DNA of 64,000 nucleotides from Conexivisphaerales archaeon. GTDB lineage: Archaea; Thermoproteota; Nitrososphaeria; Conexivisphaerales; DTJL01. Numbering within the stretch: the stretch's first letter is position 1; the number at the start of each line of letters is the position of its first letter. The translations under genes were made by a program, and so were the position numbers. Positions 43,499-53,630 of the stretch are shown here, one piece after another. The stretch lies in assembly GCA_049509455.1 (NCBI GenBank), contig JBEKZX010000001.1:47516-111515 (forward strand), given 5' to 3'. The notes beneath the pieces are model-generated. The model was not told where the DNA came from and made no database searches. It was given only the letters and a program-made list of their open reading frames with translations.

Positions 43499-46219
43499 TT
43501 GGCTACCAAAGACCTGCTTCGACGGAAGTTCGCGGAGGACTACTCGAAGTACTACAAGGTCGCCCTCTTCAGCGAGGAGGGCTTCGCCCGAAGGCAGTGC
43601 AGCAACTGCGGCAAGTTCATCTGGACGACCACCGAGGCGATGCTCTGCCCCGACTGCCAGGGGTACTCCTTCATCGGCAGGCCCCCCACCAGCGTGAGGA
43701 AGGACTACACCACCGCCTGGGCCGCCATCGAGAAGTATTTCGTCGATCGCGGCCACACGAGCGTCAAGAGGTACCCCGTCGTGGCTCGCTGGAGGCCCGA
43801 CCTTTACTTCACCGTCGCCTCCATAATCGACTTCCAGAGGGTGGAGAACGGGAAGATAATCTTCGACTTCCCCGCCAACCCCCTCATCATCCCCCAGATG
43901 TGCTTGAGGTTCAACGACATCGAGAACGTCGGCGTGACCGGCCGCCACTACACGTCCTTCTGCATGGTGGGCCAGCACGCCGTGAACAACGCCCACGGAT
44001 ACTGGAAGGACAGGACCATCGAGCTGGACTACGGGCTTCTCACCGGGCCTTTCGGCGTCCCCAAGGATGAGATAACCTTCGTCGAGGATGTCTGGCTGGG
44101 CTACGGGGCCTTCGGCTATTCTCTGGAATACTACGTGAGGGGCCTTGAAATCGGGAACGCCGTCTTCACGGAATTCGAAGGCTCGCCCGAGAGCTACGTC
44201 ACGATGCCCCACCCCATAGTAGACATGGGCGCAGGCTTGAATCGTTTCTCCTGGATGACTCGGGGCACCCCCACTAGCTACGAGGCCGTCTTCGGTCCAG
44301 TTTACGACCATATCATCAAACGGCTGGGGCTCCACCCGGACTCGAAGCTATTGACGAGGTACTATTCCCTCGCCGGCTCACTGGACGTCACCGAAGTGCA
44401 AAATCCCGTCGCCGCCAAGGAGGCCGTCGCCAAGAAGTTGGGCCTCACTGGCGAGGGCCTTGAAGCGCAGATCGCTCCAATGGAGGCGGTCTTCTCTCTG
44501 CTCGACCACAGCAGGACGTTGCTCTTCGCCATAGTCGACGGAGCGCTCCCCAGCAACGTGGCCGGCGGGTACAACCTCCGGGTCCTGTTCCGCAGGGCCC
44601 AGAACTTCATCGAGGAGTACGGCTGGGACATAACGCTGGCGGAGCTGGCTTCGCTTCATGCCGAGTTCCTGAAGCCCATGTACCCGGAGCTAGCCGAGGG
44701 CGTCGCCTCGGTGGAGGAGATATTTGACGTCGAAGAGAGGAGGTACGACGCCAGCAAGGCTCGCGTCTCGTCCATTGTCCAGCAGCTGCAGAAGTCCAAG
44801 AAGTCGCCGTTGCTAGAGGACCTCATCCGTCTCTACGACAGCGAGGGGGTCACACCGGAGCTCCTCAAGGAGAACGGCCTCTCCATAACGGTCCCCTCCG
44901 ATTTCTACATGAAGGTCACGGAAAGGCACATCGTCCAGAAGCAGGCGGAGGAGAAGCCCCTCTATGACACTTCCGGGCTGCCCAGGACCAGGCCGCTCTT
45001 CTACGAAGAGAGGTCACTCTTCGACTTCGACGCAAAGGTGCTCCGGGCCTTCCCGGGCGACGCCATCGTGCTGGACCAGTCGGCCTTCTATCCACGCTCG
45101 GGCGGCCAGGAGCCCGACTTGGGGACCATCGAGGGGGTCCCAGTGGTAGATGTCATCAAGTACGGCGACGTCATAGTTCACGTCTTGAAGGGGAGGGCCC
45201 CGGCAGAGGGGGCGACGGTTCACGGAAGGGTGGATCAGGTAAGGAGGGGCATCCTCATGCGCCACCATACGGCCACACATATCGTCAACGGGGCCGCGAG
45301 GCAGGTCCTGGGCCCGTGGGTCTGGCAGCATTCGGCCTACAAGGACATCGACAAGGCGAGGCTGGACATAACCCACCACAGCCACCTAACCCGCGAAGAG
45401 ATGCTCAAGATCGAGGAAGCGGCGAACCAGGTGGTCCGTGAGAACATCCTTGTCGACCTCCAGGTCCTTCCGCGAAGCGTGGCTGAGCAGAAATACGGCT
45501 TCAGGCTGTACCAGGGAGGCGTCATCCCCGCGAAGGAGCTCCGCGTCCAAAAGATCGGCGACTTCGACGTGGAGGCCTGCGGAGGGACCCACTGCCAGCG
45601 GACCGGGGACGTGGGCTACATCAAGCTCCTCAAGGCTGAAAGGCTGCAGGACGGCGTTGAACGCCTCGAGTTCGCGGCCGGAGGCCCCGCTGTGAAATAC
45701 ATGGCCGACGAGGAGTCGAGGGTCCTGAGCGTCGCCGAGCAGCTCCAGACTCAGCCTGATCAGATAACGACGGTGGTCGGCTCGCTGAAGGACGGGAACG
45801 ACCAGCTGAAGAAGAGGTACAAGAGCATTTCGAAGGAGCTATCCGCCCAGATGGCCGCCAATCTCAACTCCATTTCGGAGGACATCGGAGGGATTCGCCT
45901 CCTCTTCCTCGATGCCGACTACTACGACGATCAGGCGCACATTACCATGGGCGAGCAGATAGTCGAGAAGAGGCCAGACGCCATCTACGTCGGTGCGGCC
46001 AAGCTCAACGGCAGGTGCAGGATAATCATCTTCGCCGGCGAGAAGGCCAGGGCGGCAGGCGTGGACGCCTCCTTACTCGTCAGGGGATCCTCGACGCTGC
46101 TGAAGGGCTCCGGCGGCGGCACGGCCAAGATGGCCCAGGGGGGCGGCGAGATACCCGTCACGATGCAGCCCCTGAGAGACCTTATAACTCGCCTCATAAG
46201 AGAGGCAACCAAACAGTGA
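43499..46219 (+). CDS. alaS: alanine--tRNA ligase
   Basis: A 906-aa archaeal-type AlaRS. It has the editing-domain motifs HTATH and CGGTH and a C-terminal DHHA1-like GGGG region. The start is TTG. Confidence 0.97.
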   Translation: MATKDLLRRKFAEDYSKYYKVALFSEEGFARRQCSNCGKFIWTTTEAMLCPDCQGYSFIGRPPTSVRKDYTTAWAAIEKYFVDRGHTSVKRYPVVARWRPDLYFTVASIIDFQRVENGKIIFDFPANPLIIPQMCLRFNDIENVGVTGRHYTSFCMVGQHAVNNAHGYWKDRTIELDYGLLTGPFGVPKDEITFVEDVWLGYGAFGYSLEYYVRGLEIGNAVFTEFEGSPESYVTMPHPIVDMGAGLNRFSWMTRGTPTSYEAVFGPVYDHIIKRLGLHPDSKLLTRYYSLAGSLDVTEVQNPVAAKEAVAKKLGLTGEGLEAQIAPMEAVFSLLDHSRTLLFAIVDGALPSNVAGGYNLRVLFRRAQNFIEEYGWDITLAELASLHAEFLKPMYPELAEGVASVEEIFDVEERRYDASKARVSSIVQQLQKSKKSPLLEDLIRLYDSEGVTPELLKENGLSITVPSDFYMKVTERHIVQKQAEEKPLYDTSGLPRTRPLFYEERSLFDFDAKVLRAFPGDAIVLDQSAFYPRSGGQEPDLGTIEGVPVVDVIKYGDVIVHVLKGRAPAEGATVHGRVDQVRRGILMRHHTATHIVNGAARQVLGPWVWQHSAYKDIDKARLDITHHSHLTREEMLKIEEAANQVVRENILVDLQVLPRSVAEQKYGFRLYQGGVIPAKELRVQKIGDFDVEACGGTHCQRTGDVGYIKLLKAERLQDGVERLEFAAGGPAVKYMADEESRVLSVAEQLQTQPDQITTVVGSLKDGNDQLKKRYKSISKELSAQMAANLNSISEDIGGIRLLFLDADYYDDQAHITMGEQIVEKRPDAIYVGAAKLNGRCRIIIFAGEKARAAGVDASLLVRGSSTLLKGSGGGTAKMAQGGGEIPVTMQPLRDLITRLIREATKQ

Positions 46220-46225
46220 TTCGCA

Positions 46226-49093
46226 TTGGGCGACGTTGAGGCCAAGTGGGTGCGGCGATGGGAGGAGAGCCGGATCTTCCAGGCTGACCGCGACCCGTCG
46301 CGCCAGAAGGTCTTCGTCACCTTCCCTTATCCCTATATGAACGGGCCCCTCCACCTCGGGCACGCGTATTCAGCCCTCAGGGTGGACGTGTTCGCTCGCT
46401 ATCAGAGGATGAAGGGCTTTAACGTCCTCTTCCCGTGGGCCTGGCACTGGACCGGCCAACCCATTGTTTCGGCGGCAGAGCGCCTGTCGAGGGGAGACCC
46501 CCTCATGGTCCACGAGTTCCGTGACGTCGACCGCGTCCCTGACTCCGAGCTGGCCAAGTTCGAGGACCCCCTCTACATGGCGGAGTATTACACGGAGCAC
46601 AACAGACAAGCCGTCAAGCTGCTGGGGATGTCGATAGACTGGCGAAGAGAGTTCCACACGTCCAGCCACGAGCCCGCCTTCAGCAAGTTCGTGGAGTGGC
46701 AGTACTTGAAGCTAAGGGAGCTGGGCTACGTCGTCCAGGGGACCCATCCCGTCGTCTGGTGCCCTCACGACAAGAGCCCCACGGGCGACCATGACAGGCT
46801 CGAAGGGGAGGGAGTCGCCTCAGAAGAGTTCACCCTAGTCAAGTTCAAGCTGGAGCTGGAGGACAAGTTCCTGGTGGCCGCTACCCTCAGGCCGGAGACC
46901 ATCTTCGGCGCCACCAACCTATGGATTAACCCCGAGGGCTTCTATTCCGAAGTCGTCGTGGACGGAGAGAACTGGATCGTCAGCAACGAAGCCGTGAACA
47001 AGCTGTCGGAGCAGGGGAGGACCGTCAGCATCATCCGGAAGCTCGACGGCCTCTCACTCCTCGACACGAAGTGCTTGGTCCCCCTGGTGGGGAGGACGAT
47101 TCCAGTCCTGCCGGCCGTGTTCGTCGACACCGACAACGCCACCGGCGTGGTCTACAGCGTCCCCGCCCATGCCCCCTACGACTGGCTGGCCCTAAGGGAC
47201 CTCAAGACGGGGAACGAGAAGCTGGGCGCTTACAAGGTGAAACCGGAGAGCGTAGAGGAGACGGTCCCCATTTCGATAATCAGCCTGGCGGGATACGGCC
47301 AGTACCCCGCCGTGGATGCCGTCAACGCCCTCCAGGCCGTTGATCAGCTCGACCCCAAGGGCGAGGTGGCCACCAAGGAGATCTACAGCAAGGAGTTCCA
47401 CCTGGGAACCATGAAAGAGAACTGTCTTTCATACTCCGGGATGAAGGTGTCAGCGGCGAAGGAGGCCGTCACAGGAGAGCTACTCAGGCTGCGCCTAGCC
47501 GACAGGATGTTCGAGCTCCCCCAGAAGGTCATCTGCCGCTGCATGACCAAATGTATCGTGAAGGTCCTCCAGGACCAGTGGTTCCTCCGCTACAGCGACC
47601 CTGCCTGGAAGGAGAGCTCACTCAAATGCATAGCGGCCGCCGAGGTCTACCCCGAGGAGGCGCGGCAGTGGTTCGTCGAAAGCGTGAACTGGATCAGGGA
47701 GTGGCCCTGCGCCAGGAAGGTCGGCCTGGGCACTCCCCTTCCGTGGGATAAGGAGTGGATCGTTGAGACGCTCAGCGATTCGACCATCTACATGGCCTTC
47801 TACACCATCTCGCATATCATCCGCTCTCAGGGGATAATCGAAGAGATGCTCACCCCCGAGGCCTTCGACTACATCTTCCTGGGAGCCGGCGACCCCGCCG
47901 CAGTCTCGGCCAGCTGCGGCATCCCCGTAAAGGTCCTAGACGAGATGAGGGCGGAGTTCCTTTACTGGTATCCGGTCGACCTGAGGAACAGCGCGAAGGA
48001 GCTCGTCCCTAACCACCTCACATTCTTCATCATGCAGCACGTCGCAATGTTCAGGCCAAGTCAGTGGCCCAGAGGGTTGGGCGTCAACGGAATGATGCTG
48101 CTTGAAGGCGTCAAGATGTCCAAGTCGAAGGGCAACGTGATACCCGTCTCGACGGCCATCGGTGATCTGGGAGCCGACACGGTGCGCGGAACTCTTCTTT
48201 CCAGCGCCGAAGGGATGGACGACCCCGACTGGCGTTCCAAGAACGCAGAGGACATCCACGCTAGGGTGACTTCGCTTCCCTCTTTCATCGAGAAGGCCCT
48301 AGCCTCATCCATCGATCGCGAGGAGCTGCCCATCGACAGGTGGCTCACCGCCACCCTGCAACTCAGGATCTCCTCCGTGTCGCAGGCCGTGGAGAAGCTC
48401 AAGACGAGGACGGCCTTCCAGGCTGCCTTCTTCGACATCTGGAACGATCTGAGATGGTATCTCAAGCGGTCTTTACCCAGGAAGGAGACGCTTAGGGCCT
48501 ACGTTCGCACATGGTCGCTCGTCCTGTCCCCCTTCATACCGTTCACCGCCGAGGAGCTCAACGAATGGCTGGGAGGAAAGGGGCTCGTCTCCGTGGGGCG
48601 CTGGCCCGAGCCGGAGGGAAGGCTGGTGGACGCCAATGCGCTGCTCGGGGAGTGGGACGTGGACCACGCGATAAGCGACGTCAAGGAGATTCTGGCCGTC
48701 GTTAAGCAGCGTCCCACCAAGGCCTCCATCTTCGTGGCGACCTCCGACCGACTACAGCTCTTCCGGAAGATTGCCGACGACCTGCAGAAGGGGAGGAAGG
48801 ATGGAGACATCATCAAGGAGGCCTTGAGCGCGGCACCCCCTTACGACCGCCAGGCCGTCGTGTCGCTCGTACAGTCAATCATCAAGCACTGCAGGGGCCT
48901 GGGAGCCGAAGTCCTGGACAGGCTGCGGGCCGCCACCGCCTTCGACGAGCTGGAGTTCCTCCGCAGCGCGACCTCCTTCATGGCATCTGAGACGGGCCTG
49001 ACGGAGGTGAAGGTCGTCAGATACTCCCCCACCGCCACCTACAGGAAGCCCCTCAACCCGCTGCCGCTCAAGCCCTCCATAGTCTTGGAGTAG
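46226..49093 (+). CDS. leuS: leucine--tRNA ligase (archaeal type)
   Basis: HIGH-type motif PLHLGHAYS and KMSKS (VKMSKSKGN). The protein is 955 aa and starts with TTG, 6 nt after the alaS stop. Confidence 0.97.
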   Translation: MGDVEAKWVRRWEESRIFQADRDPSRQKVFVTFPYPYMNGPLHLGHAYSALRVDVFARYQRMKGFNVLFPWAWHWTGQPIVSAAERLSRGDPLMVHEFRDVDRVPDSELAKFEDPLYMAEYYTEHNRQAVKLLGMSIDWRREFHTSSHEPAFSKFVEWQYLKLRELGYVVQGTHPVVWCPHDKSPTGDHDRLEGEGVASEEFTLVKFKLELEDKFLVAATLRPETIFGATNLWINPEGFYSEVVVDGENWIVSNEAVNKLSEQGRTVSIIRKLDGLSLLDTKCLVPLVGRTIPVLPAVFVDTDNATGVVYSVPAHAPYDWLALRDLKTGNEKLGAYKVKPESVEETVPISIISLAGYGQYPAVDAVNALQAVDQLDPKGEVATKEIYSKEFHLGTMKENCLSYSGMKVSAAKEAVTGELLRLRLADRMFELPQKVICRCMTKCIVKVLQDQWFLRYSDPAWKESSLKCIAAAEVYPEEARQWFVESVNWIREWPCARKVGLGTPLPWDKEWIVETLSDSTIYMAFYTISHIIRSQGIIEEMLTPEAFDYIFLGAGDPAAVSASCGIPVKVLDEMRAEFLYWYPVDLRNSAKELVPNHLTFFIMQHVAMFRPSQWPRGLGVNGMMLLEGVKMSKSKGNVIPVSTAIGDLGADTVRGTLLSSAEGMDDPDWRSKNAEDIHARVTSLPSFIEKALASSIDREELPIDRWLTATLQLRISSVSQAVEKLKTRTAFQAAFFDIWNDLRWYLKRSLPRKETLRAYVRTWSLVLSPFIPFTAEELNEWLGGKGLVSVGRWPEPEGRLVDANALLGEWDVDHAISDVKEILAVVKQRPTKASIFVATSDRLQLFRKIADDLQKGRKDGDIIKEALSAAPPYDRQAVVSLVQSIIKHCRGLGAEVLDRLRAATAFDELEFLRSATSFMASETGLTEVKVVRYSPTATYRKPLNPLPLKPSIVLE

Positions 49094-49144
49094 CCTGTGC
49101 TAACCTAGCAATCCATTAATTCTGATTCGACGGACAAAGTCGCG

Positions 49145-50164
49145 TTGAAGGCTCTTTACCTCGAAAGCATCGGCAAGGAGCTAGTGCTGAAAGACGTTCC
49201 GGTCCCGTCCGCCCTGGCACCTGACGAAGTCCTGGTTGAGACGGAGCTCACCGGCATCTGCTACAGGGACATCCTTACGTCGAAGGGCTTCTTCCCCAGG
49301 ACCAGGCTTCCCATAGTGCTGGGGCATGAGATATCCGGGAAGATCGTCAAGCTCGGGTCTGCCGTCACCGGCTTCAAGGAGGGAGACAGGGTCGGCTCCC
49401 TGATCTACGAGCCATGCGGCAAGTGCGAATACTGCCTATCCGGTAGAGAGAACCTGTGCCGTTCCAAGAGGACCTTCGGCGAAGACATCGACGGCTCCTA
49501 CGCCAGCTTCGTTAAGGTGAGCAGCCGTTCTCTGATCAAGGCCCCCGACGGCGTGTCGTCCGCCGGCCTGGCCATCTCTGCGTGCGTCACGGGGATGCTG
49601 ATGCACGCGTTCAGGACCCGGGGCGCCCTGTTCCCGGGCGAAACGGTGCTCGTCACGGGGGCCGGAGGAGGCGTGGGCATACATGCCGTTCAGGTCGCCA
49701 AGGCGTTGGGCGCCAAGGTCATAGCTGCCACTTCGTCCGAATGGAAGGCGGCCAAGATAAAGGAGGTCGGTGCCTCTGACGTCATAGTGTGGAACGAGGG
49801 CTTCGGCGACCAGGTCAAGAAGCTCACCGAAGGGAGGGGTGTTGACGTCATCCTCGAGTCGGTGGGAGGTCCCACCTTCGGCGAAAGCATGAGGAGCCTG
49901 GCCCCCGGCGGCAGGCTGGTTGTCGTCGGGAACGTCCTCCCCTCGCCGGTCCAGTTTCAGCTGGGGACCCTCATCCTGAAGGAGCTCTCCATCGTGGGCA
50001 GCATCAGCTCCGTCAGGAAGGACGTCGAGGACGCCCTGAGGCTCACGGCGGAGGGGAAGATCAAGCCGGTCGTGCACGACACCCTCCCCCTAGAGGAAGC
50101 CTCCAGGGGTCACAAGCTGATGTCCGAGAAGGCGACCCTCGGCCGCGTCATGCTGAAGCCCTAG
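49145..50164 (+). CDS. zinc-dependent alcohol dehydrogenase / MDR-family oxidoreductase
   Basis: Catalytic Zn ligands (GICYRD, GHEISG), the structural Zn loop CGKCEYCLSGRENLC, and the Rossmann motif VTGAGGGVG. Confidence 0.85.
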   Translation: MKALYLESIGKELVLKDVPVPSALAPDEVLVETELTGICYRDILTSKGFFPRTRLPIVLGHEISGKIVKLGSAVTGFKEGDRVGSLIYEPCGKCEYCLSGRENLCRSKRTFGEDIDGSYASFVKVSSRSLIKAPDGVSSAGLAISACVTGMLMHAFRTRGALFPGETVLVTGAGGGVGIHAVQVAKALGAKVIAATSSEWKAAKIKEVGASDVIVWNEGFGDQVKKLTEGRGVDVILESVGGPTFGESMRSLAPGGRLVVVGNVLPSPVQFQLGTLILKELSIVGSISSVRKDVEDALRLTAEGKIKPVVHDTLPLEEASRGHKLMSEKATLGRVMLKP

Positions 50165-50601
50165 CGTTTCTCCATTAGGTAGGCGTCTTCGCCGTCGGGG
50201 TAGTAGCCCCGGAGCGTCTTCACGATCGAAAAGCCGAAGGCGCGATAGAGGTCCTGCGCCTTCAGGTTCGAGACGCCGACCTGGAGGGTCACCTCCCTGC
50301 ACTCCTTGGACAGGCGCAGCAGTGCCTCCTTGAGCAGCGATGTCCCCACCTTCTTCCGACGCATGTCGGCCCTGACGGCCATGGAGACGATCAATCCCCT
50401 TCGGCCATACTCGACGATGACGTAGCCCGCCACCTTCTCCCCTTCCGCCGCCACGAGGAACCCGTCGAAGCTAGAGTGTTCGACTCGCATGAGGTAGGCC
50501 TCGAAGACGTCGCGGTCGTAGGGATGGGGGAAAGAGGTCTTCTCTATCTCGTAGACGTCGTCGAGGTCTCTTCGGCGGCATTCCCTGATCTCCATGGGCA
50601 A
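50161..50601 (-). CDS. rimI: GNAT N-acetyltransferase (RimI-like)
   Basis: GNAT motif A (RRKKVGTSLL) and a size (146 aa) typical of ribosomal-protein alanine acetyltransferase / archaeal Nat. Confidence 0.75.
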   Translation of the reverse strand: MPMEIRECRRRDLDDVYEIEKTSFPHPYDRDVFEAYLMRVEHSSFDGFLVAAEGEKVAGYVIVEYGRRGLIVSMAVRADMRRKKVGTSLLKEALLRLSKECREVTLQVGVSNLKAQDLYRAFGFSIVKTLRGYYPDGEDAYLMEKR

Positions 50602-50698
50602 GGCTGACGGAGCCCCTTTGATGCTTCCACCTAATAACCAGTCTCGTTGGCAACGGTATCTTTAAGACGGACGCATCCCGACCTTTTGTGACCAAGAT

Positions 50699-50998
50699 AT
50701 GTTCGTTCCGTTGCTGCTTCAAGGTTCGGAGTGGCTGGTAGTTGTCGTCATCGTGGTGGTGTTGATTTTCGGTGCCAGCAGGATCCCCACCTTGGCCAAG
50801 TCCCTAGGACGCGCTCAGGGCGAGTTCCAGAAGGGGAGGGTCGAATCCGAGATTGAGGTACAGAAGCTCAAGGAAGGAGCCAATCCGCAGCCGTCAGATC
50901 ATGACAAGCTCTTGAAAGCTGCGTGGGCGCTCGGCATCTCGACAGAAGGCAAGACCGACGACCAGATCCGCGCAGAAGTAAAGAATTCCATGGGATAG
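50699..50998 (+). CDS. tatA: twin-arginine translocase subunit TatA/E
   Basis: An N-terminal TM helix followed by the hinge FGASRIPTLAKSLG and an amphipathic helix. The protein is 99 aa. Confidence 0.75.
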   Translation: MFVPLLLQGSEWLVVVVIVVVLIFGASRIPTLAKSLGRAQGEFQKGRVESEIEVQKLKEGANPQPSDHDKLLKAAWALGISTEGKTDDQIRAEVKNSMG

Positions 50999-51088
50999 GC
51001 TCGGCGAACCCTTCATCTGTGAAGGTATCCCGTTTTCGTTTCCATTATGACCACTAGTGGTAGCTCTGCCCCGCCTCCGAGGCGGCCT

Positions 51089-52495
51089 TCATTTCCAATC
51101 GCTATGAAAAGAGCCCTTCCTGTCCACCCGTTCATAGGTGTGGGCCCCGAAGATGTCCCTCAGACCCTGTATCAGGTTGGCCGGCAGCGTCTCCCTGTGG
51201 TAGGCGTCGAAGTAGTTCAGGGCGGAGTCCATCGCTGGGGTAGGGACGCTGAGCATCTTTGCGACTCGGACGACATGCCTCCAGCTTGCCTCGAACTTGA
51301 CCAGGATCGACCTGATATCTTCGTCGATCAGCAAGTTGGCTAGGTCATGGTCGGCGGCATATGCCAATTGGACCAGGTCCAGCAGCTTGGCCCTAATGAT
51401 GCAGCCTCCCTTCCAGATTCGGGCTACCTCGTCCAGCGGCAGCCCGTATCCGTACTCCAGGGAACCAGCCTTCAGAAGCGCGAACCCCTGGGCATATGAA
51501 GTCATGAACGAGCAGTACAGGGCGTCACCCAGCTCCCCGCACAGCCGGGAGCGGTCCCCTCTAAACGCGGCCTTGACCGGCGGATAGCACTTCGAAGCCC
51601 TGACGCGTTCCTCCTTGTACGCCGAAAGGTTCCTCGCCGACACCCCCGCATCGATGGTGGGGATGGGGACGCCGAGGTCCAGGGCCGTCTGAGACGTCCA
51701 CTTGCCGGTCCCCTTCTGCTTCGCCCGGTCCAAGATCATCTCCACGAGGGGCCTCCCCGTCATCGCGTCCACCTTGGAGAGGGCCTGAGCTGTGATCTCC
51801 ATCAGGTAGGACTGCAGCTCGTGGTCGTTCCAGTAGGCGAAGTAGTCTCTGGCGGTCCCCACCTTCATGCCCAGTCCTGCCACTTGGAGGTCGTAAGCCT
51901 CCGCGATGAGCTCCATCAGGGCATATTCGATTCCGTTATGGACCATCTTGGTGAAGTGGCCGGCGCCGCCGGGACCTAGATAGGCCGAGCAGACCCCCGA
52001 GGTGGTCCTGGCAGCTATCCTCCCGAAAATGGTCTTCACCTGCTCATACGCATCCTTGGGTCCTCCGGCCATGATGCAGGGTCCCTTCAGGGCGCCCTCC
52101 TCCCCTCCGCTTACGCCTACCCCTAGGAGGTGCAGCCCCAGTTCGGAGGCCTCCTTTGCGCGACGTTCCGTATCTCTGAAGAACGAGTTCCCCGCGTCCA
52201 TGAGGATATCTCCCTTCGAAAGCAATGGCGACACCTGATTGATCACCTGGTCGACTGCCGGGCCGGCCGTGACCATCATCAGGATCCTCCGCGGGGATTC
52301 TAAGGCGTCAAGGAAGGCGGAGAGGCTGTAGGTCAGCATGACGGTCATCGATTTCTCGACCCGACCTTCGAACTCCTTGGTCCTTTCCGAGGTCCGATTA
52401 TAGACCGCCACCGGGAAGCCCTTCCCGGCCATGTTCAGGGCCAGGCTTTCGCCCATGGTGCCCAATCCGATTACTCCGATCTGAGCCTTAGGCAA
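51089..52495 (-). CDS. gnd: 6-phosphogluconate dehydrogenase, decarboxylating
   Basis: Carries IGVIGLGTMGESLALN, the full-length Gnd pattern (GGEEGAL.GP.IM.GG; GAGHFTKMVHNGIEY) and a C-terminal FGAHTYERVD. I place the start at TTG 52495. The ORF track's extension to 52591 adds an Arg-rich leader that overlaps the next gene. Confidence 0.9.
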   Translation of the reverse strand: MPKAQIGVIGLGTMGESLALNMAGKGFPVAVYNRTSERTKEFEGRVEKSMTVMLTYSLSAFLDALESPRRILMMVTAGPAVDQVINQVSPLLSKGDILMDAGNSFFRDTERRAKEASELGLHLLGVGVSGGEEGALKGPCIMAGGPKDAYEQVKTIFGRIAARTTSGVCSAYLGPGGAGHFTKMVHNGIEYALMELIAEAYDLQVAGLGMKVGTARDYFAYWNDHELQSYLMEITAQALSKVDAMTGRPLVEMILDRAKQKGTGKWTSQTALDLGVPIPTIDAGVSARNLSAYKEERVRASKCYPPVKAAFRGDRSRLCGELGDALYCSFMTSYAQGFALLKAGSLEYGYGLPLDEVARIWKGGCIIRAKLLDLVQLAYAADHDLANLLIDEDIRSILVKFEASWRHVVRVAKMLSVPTPAMDSALNYFDAYHRETLPANLIQGLRDIFGAHTYERVDRKGSFHSDWK

Positions 52496-52566
52496 GGTCC
52501 CGCTCCATCCAGTTGTCTGCCTCACATCCGCTTTTTTGTGTTGCGACCAAGGCCCTCTCGGAAGCG

Positions 52567-53223
52567 TTATGTCTCGGCGACGACCGTGCAAGGTGCGCTG
52601 TCGATGCCTTCGACGAAGAGCGGGGCTACCAGGACTCGCTTGGCCTTCTTGGGGAAACTAGCGAGGTCCATGTCCTCTATTATGAAGAAGTCCCGGCCCC
52701 GGAGCAGGGCTGAATGCGCCCTTCTCCCCTCCTCCCTGTTCTGGACCGCCGACAACGAGATGAAGTCCAGCCCCAGGGCCCTCAGACGCGGAAACATCGA
52801 CGCGAGGTAGCGCGCTGCCTCGGCCGACACGCCGGGGTTCATGGTCATGTAGGTAACCGGGTCCTTATCCCTTCGAACTTGGAATCCGGTCCGCAGGAGC
52901 AGGAGATCCGCTTTCGAGATTTCGCGATCATGACCTTCCAATTCGGCCACCGTGATGAGCTCAGATTCGCCTTTCGGCAAATCCAAGATTAGAGGGTGGA
53001 CGAAAACGAAGGCATTGAACGGATACTCGCAGACAGCCTTCCCCTCATCATCTACATGCCTGGGCGCGTCGATGTGCGTCCCCAGATGGTTGGGGAAAGA
53101 GATCGAATAGCTGTTGCTCGAGCCCCCACTCCTTACCTCCTTTATCGGGGCGATCGTCAAAGAAGGGCCGGCCGCAAACGACGGAGTCTTGGCGTCCAAT
53201 CTATGCGAGAGAAGGACCCACAA
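52567..53223 (-). CDS. cyclase-family protein / kynurenine (aryl)formamidase-like
   Basis: HLGTHIDAPRH metal motif. Its size (218 aa) and overall pattern match the putative cyclase family. Confidence 0.8.
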   Translation of the reverse strand: MWVLLSHRLDAKTPSFAAGPSLTIAPIKEVRSGGSSNSYSISFPNHLGTHIDAPRHVDDEGKAVCEYPFNAFVFVHPLILDLPKGESELITVAELEGHDREISKADLLLLRTGFQVRRDKDPVTYMTMNPGVSAEAARYLASMFPRLRALGLDFISLSAVQNREEGRRAHSALLRGRDFFIIEDMDLASFPKKAKRVLVAPLFVEGIDSAPCTVVAET

Positions 53224-53630
53224 TCCGTCATTGCGTGACCCTCATGGTATTTTTGGATATCTATTGCTGCTGGAAAAGAAATCAATATCATCTGGGTCAT
53301 GCCTGACGGGCTGACGCGACTGGGCCCAGCCCATCAGATACCTACCCTTAATCCGTCTTGAAGCGTCACCACCTCGCATGGCATGATTGAGGCCCAAACC
53401 TTCGTTGAAGGAAGGGCGTCAAGCCAAAGTCGAGGCCGGTCGGCTCCAGCTATTTCTTTCGCCGCACAAACCATCTCACCCGCAGTTCCAATCGTTTTGG
53501 CTCGCCAGCATCAACAGACCAGCCGCCATTTTCGCTAAATGAGCTAACGTCGATGTTCTCCACGAGTCGTATTACGTGCCCGTGTGCTTTGGATGCAACC
53601 TTATTAGCATGTGCAGTCAGAGCCTGAGAT

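Noticed and set aside
43496-44335. A 279-aa minus-strand ORF antisense to the 5' part of alaS. Other antisense ORFs lie in alaS/leuS at 45014-45385, 47936-48259 and 48061-48465.
   Set aside because: They are shadow frames of aminoacyl-tRNA synthetase genes.
52496-52591. The N-terminal 32 codons of the ORF-track version of gnd.
   Set aside because: They would overlap the cyclase-family gene. Family length and the Rossmann motif position favour the TTG start at 52495.
53350-53365. A possible att-like direct repeat shared with the right island border, CGTCTTGAAG versus TGTCTTGAATGAAG near 59695-59710.
   Set aside because: Only 8 nt (GTCTTGAA) are identical, which is within chance expectation. 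No integrase or tRNA target supports it.
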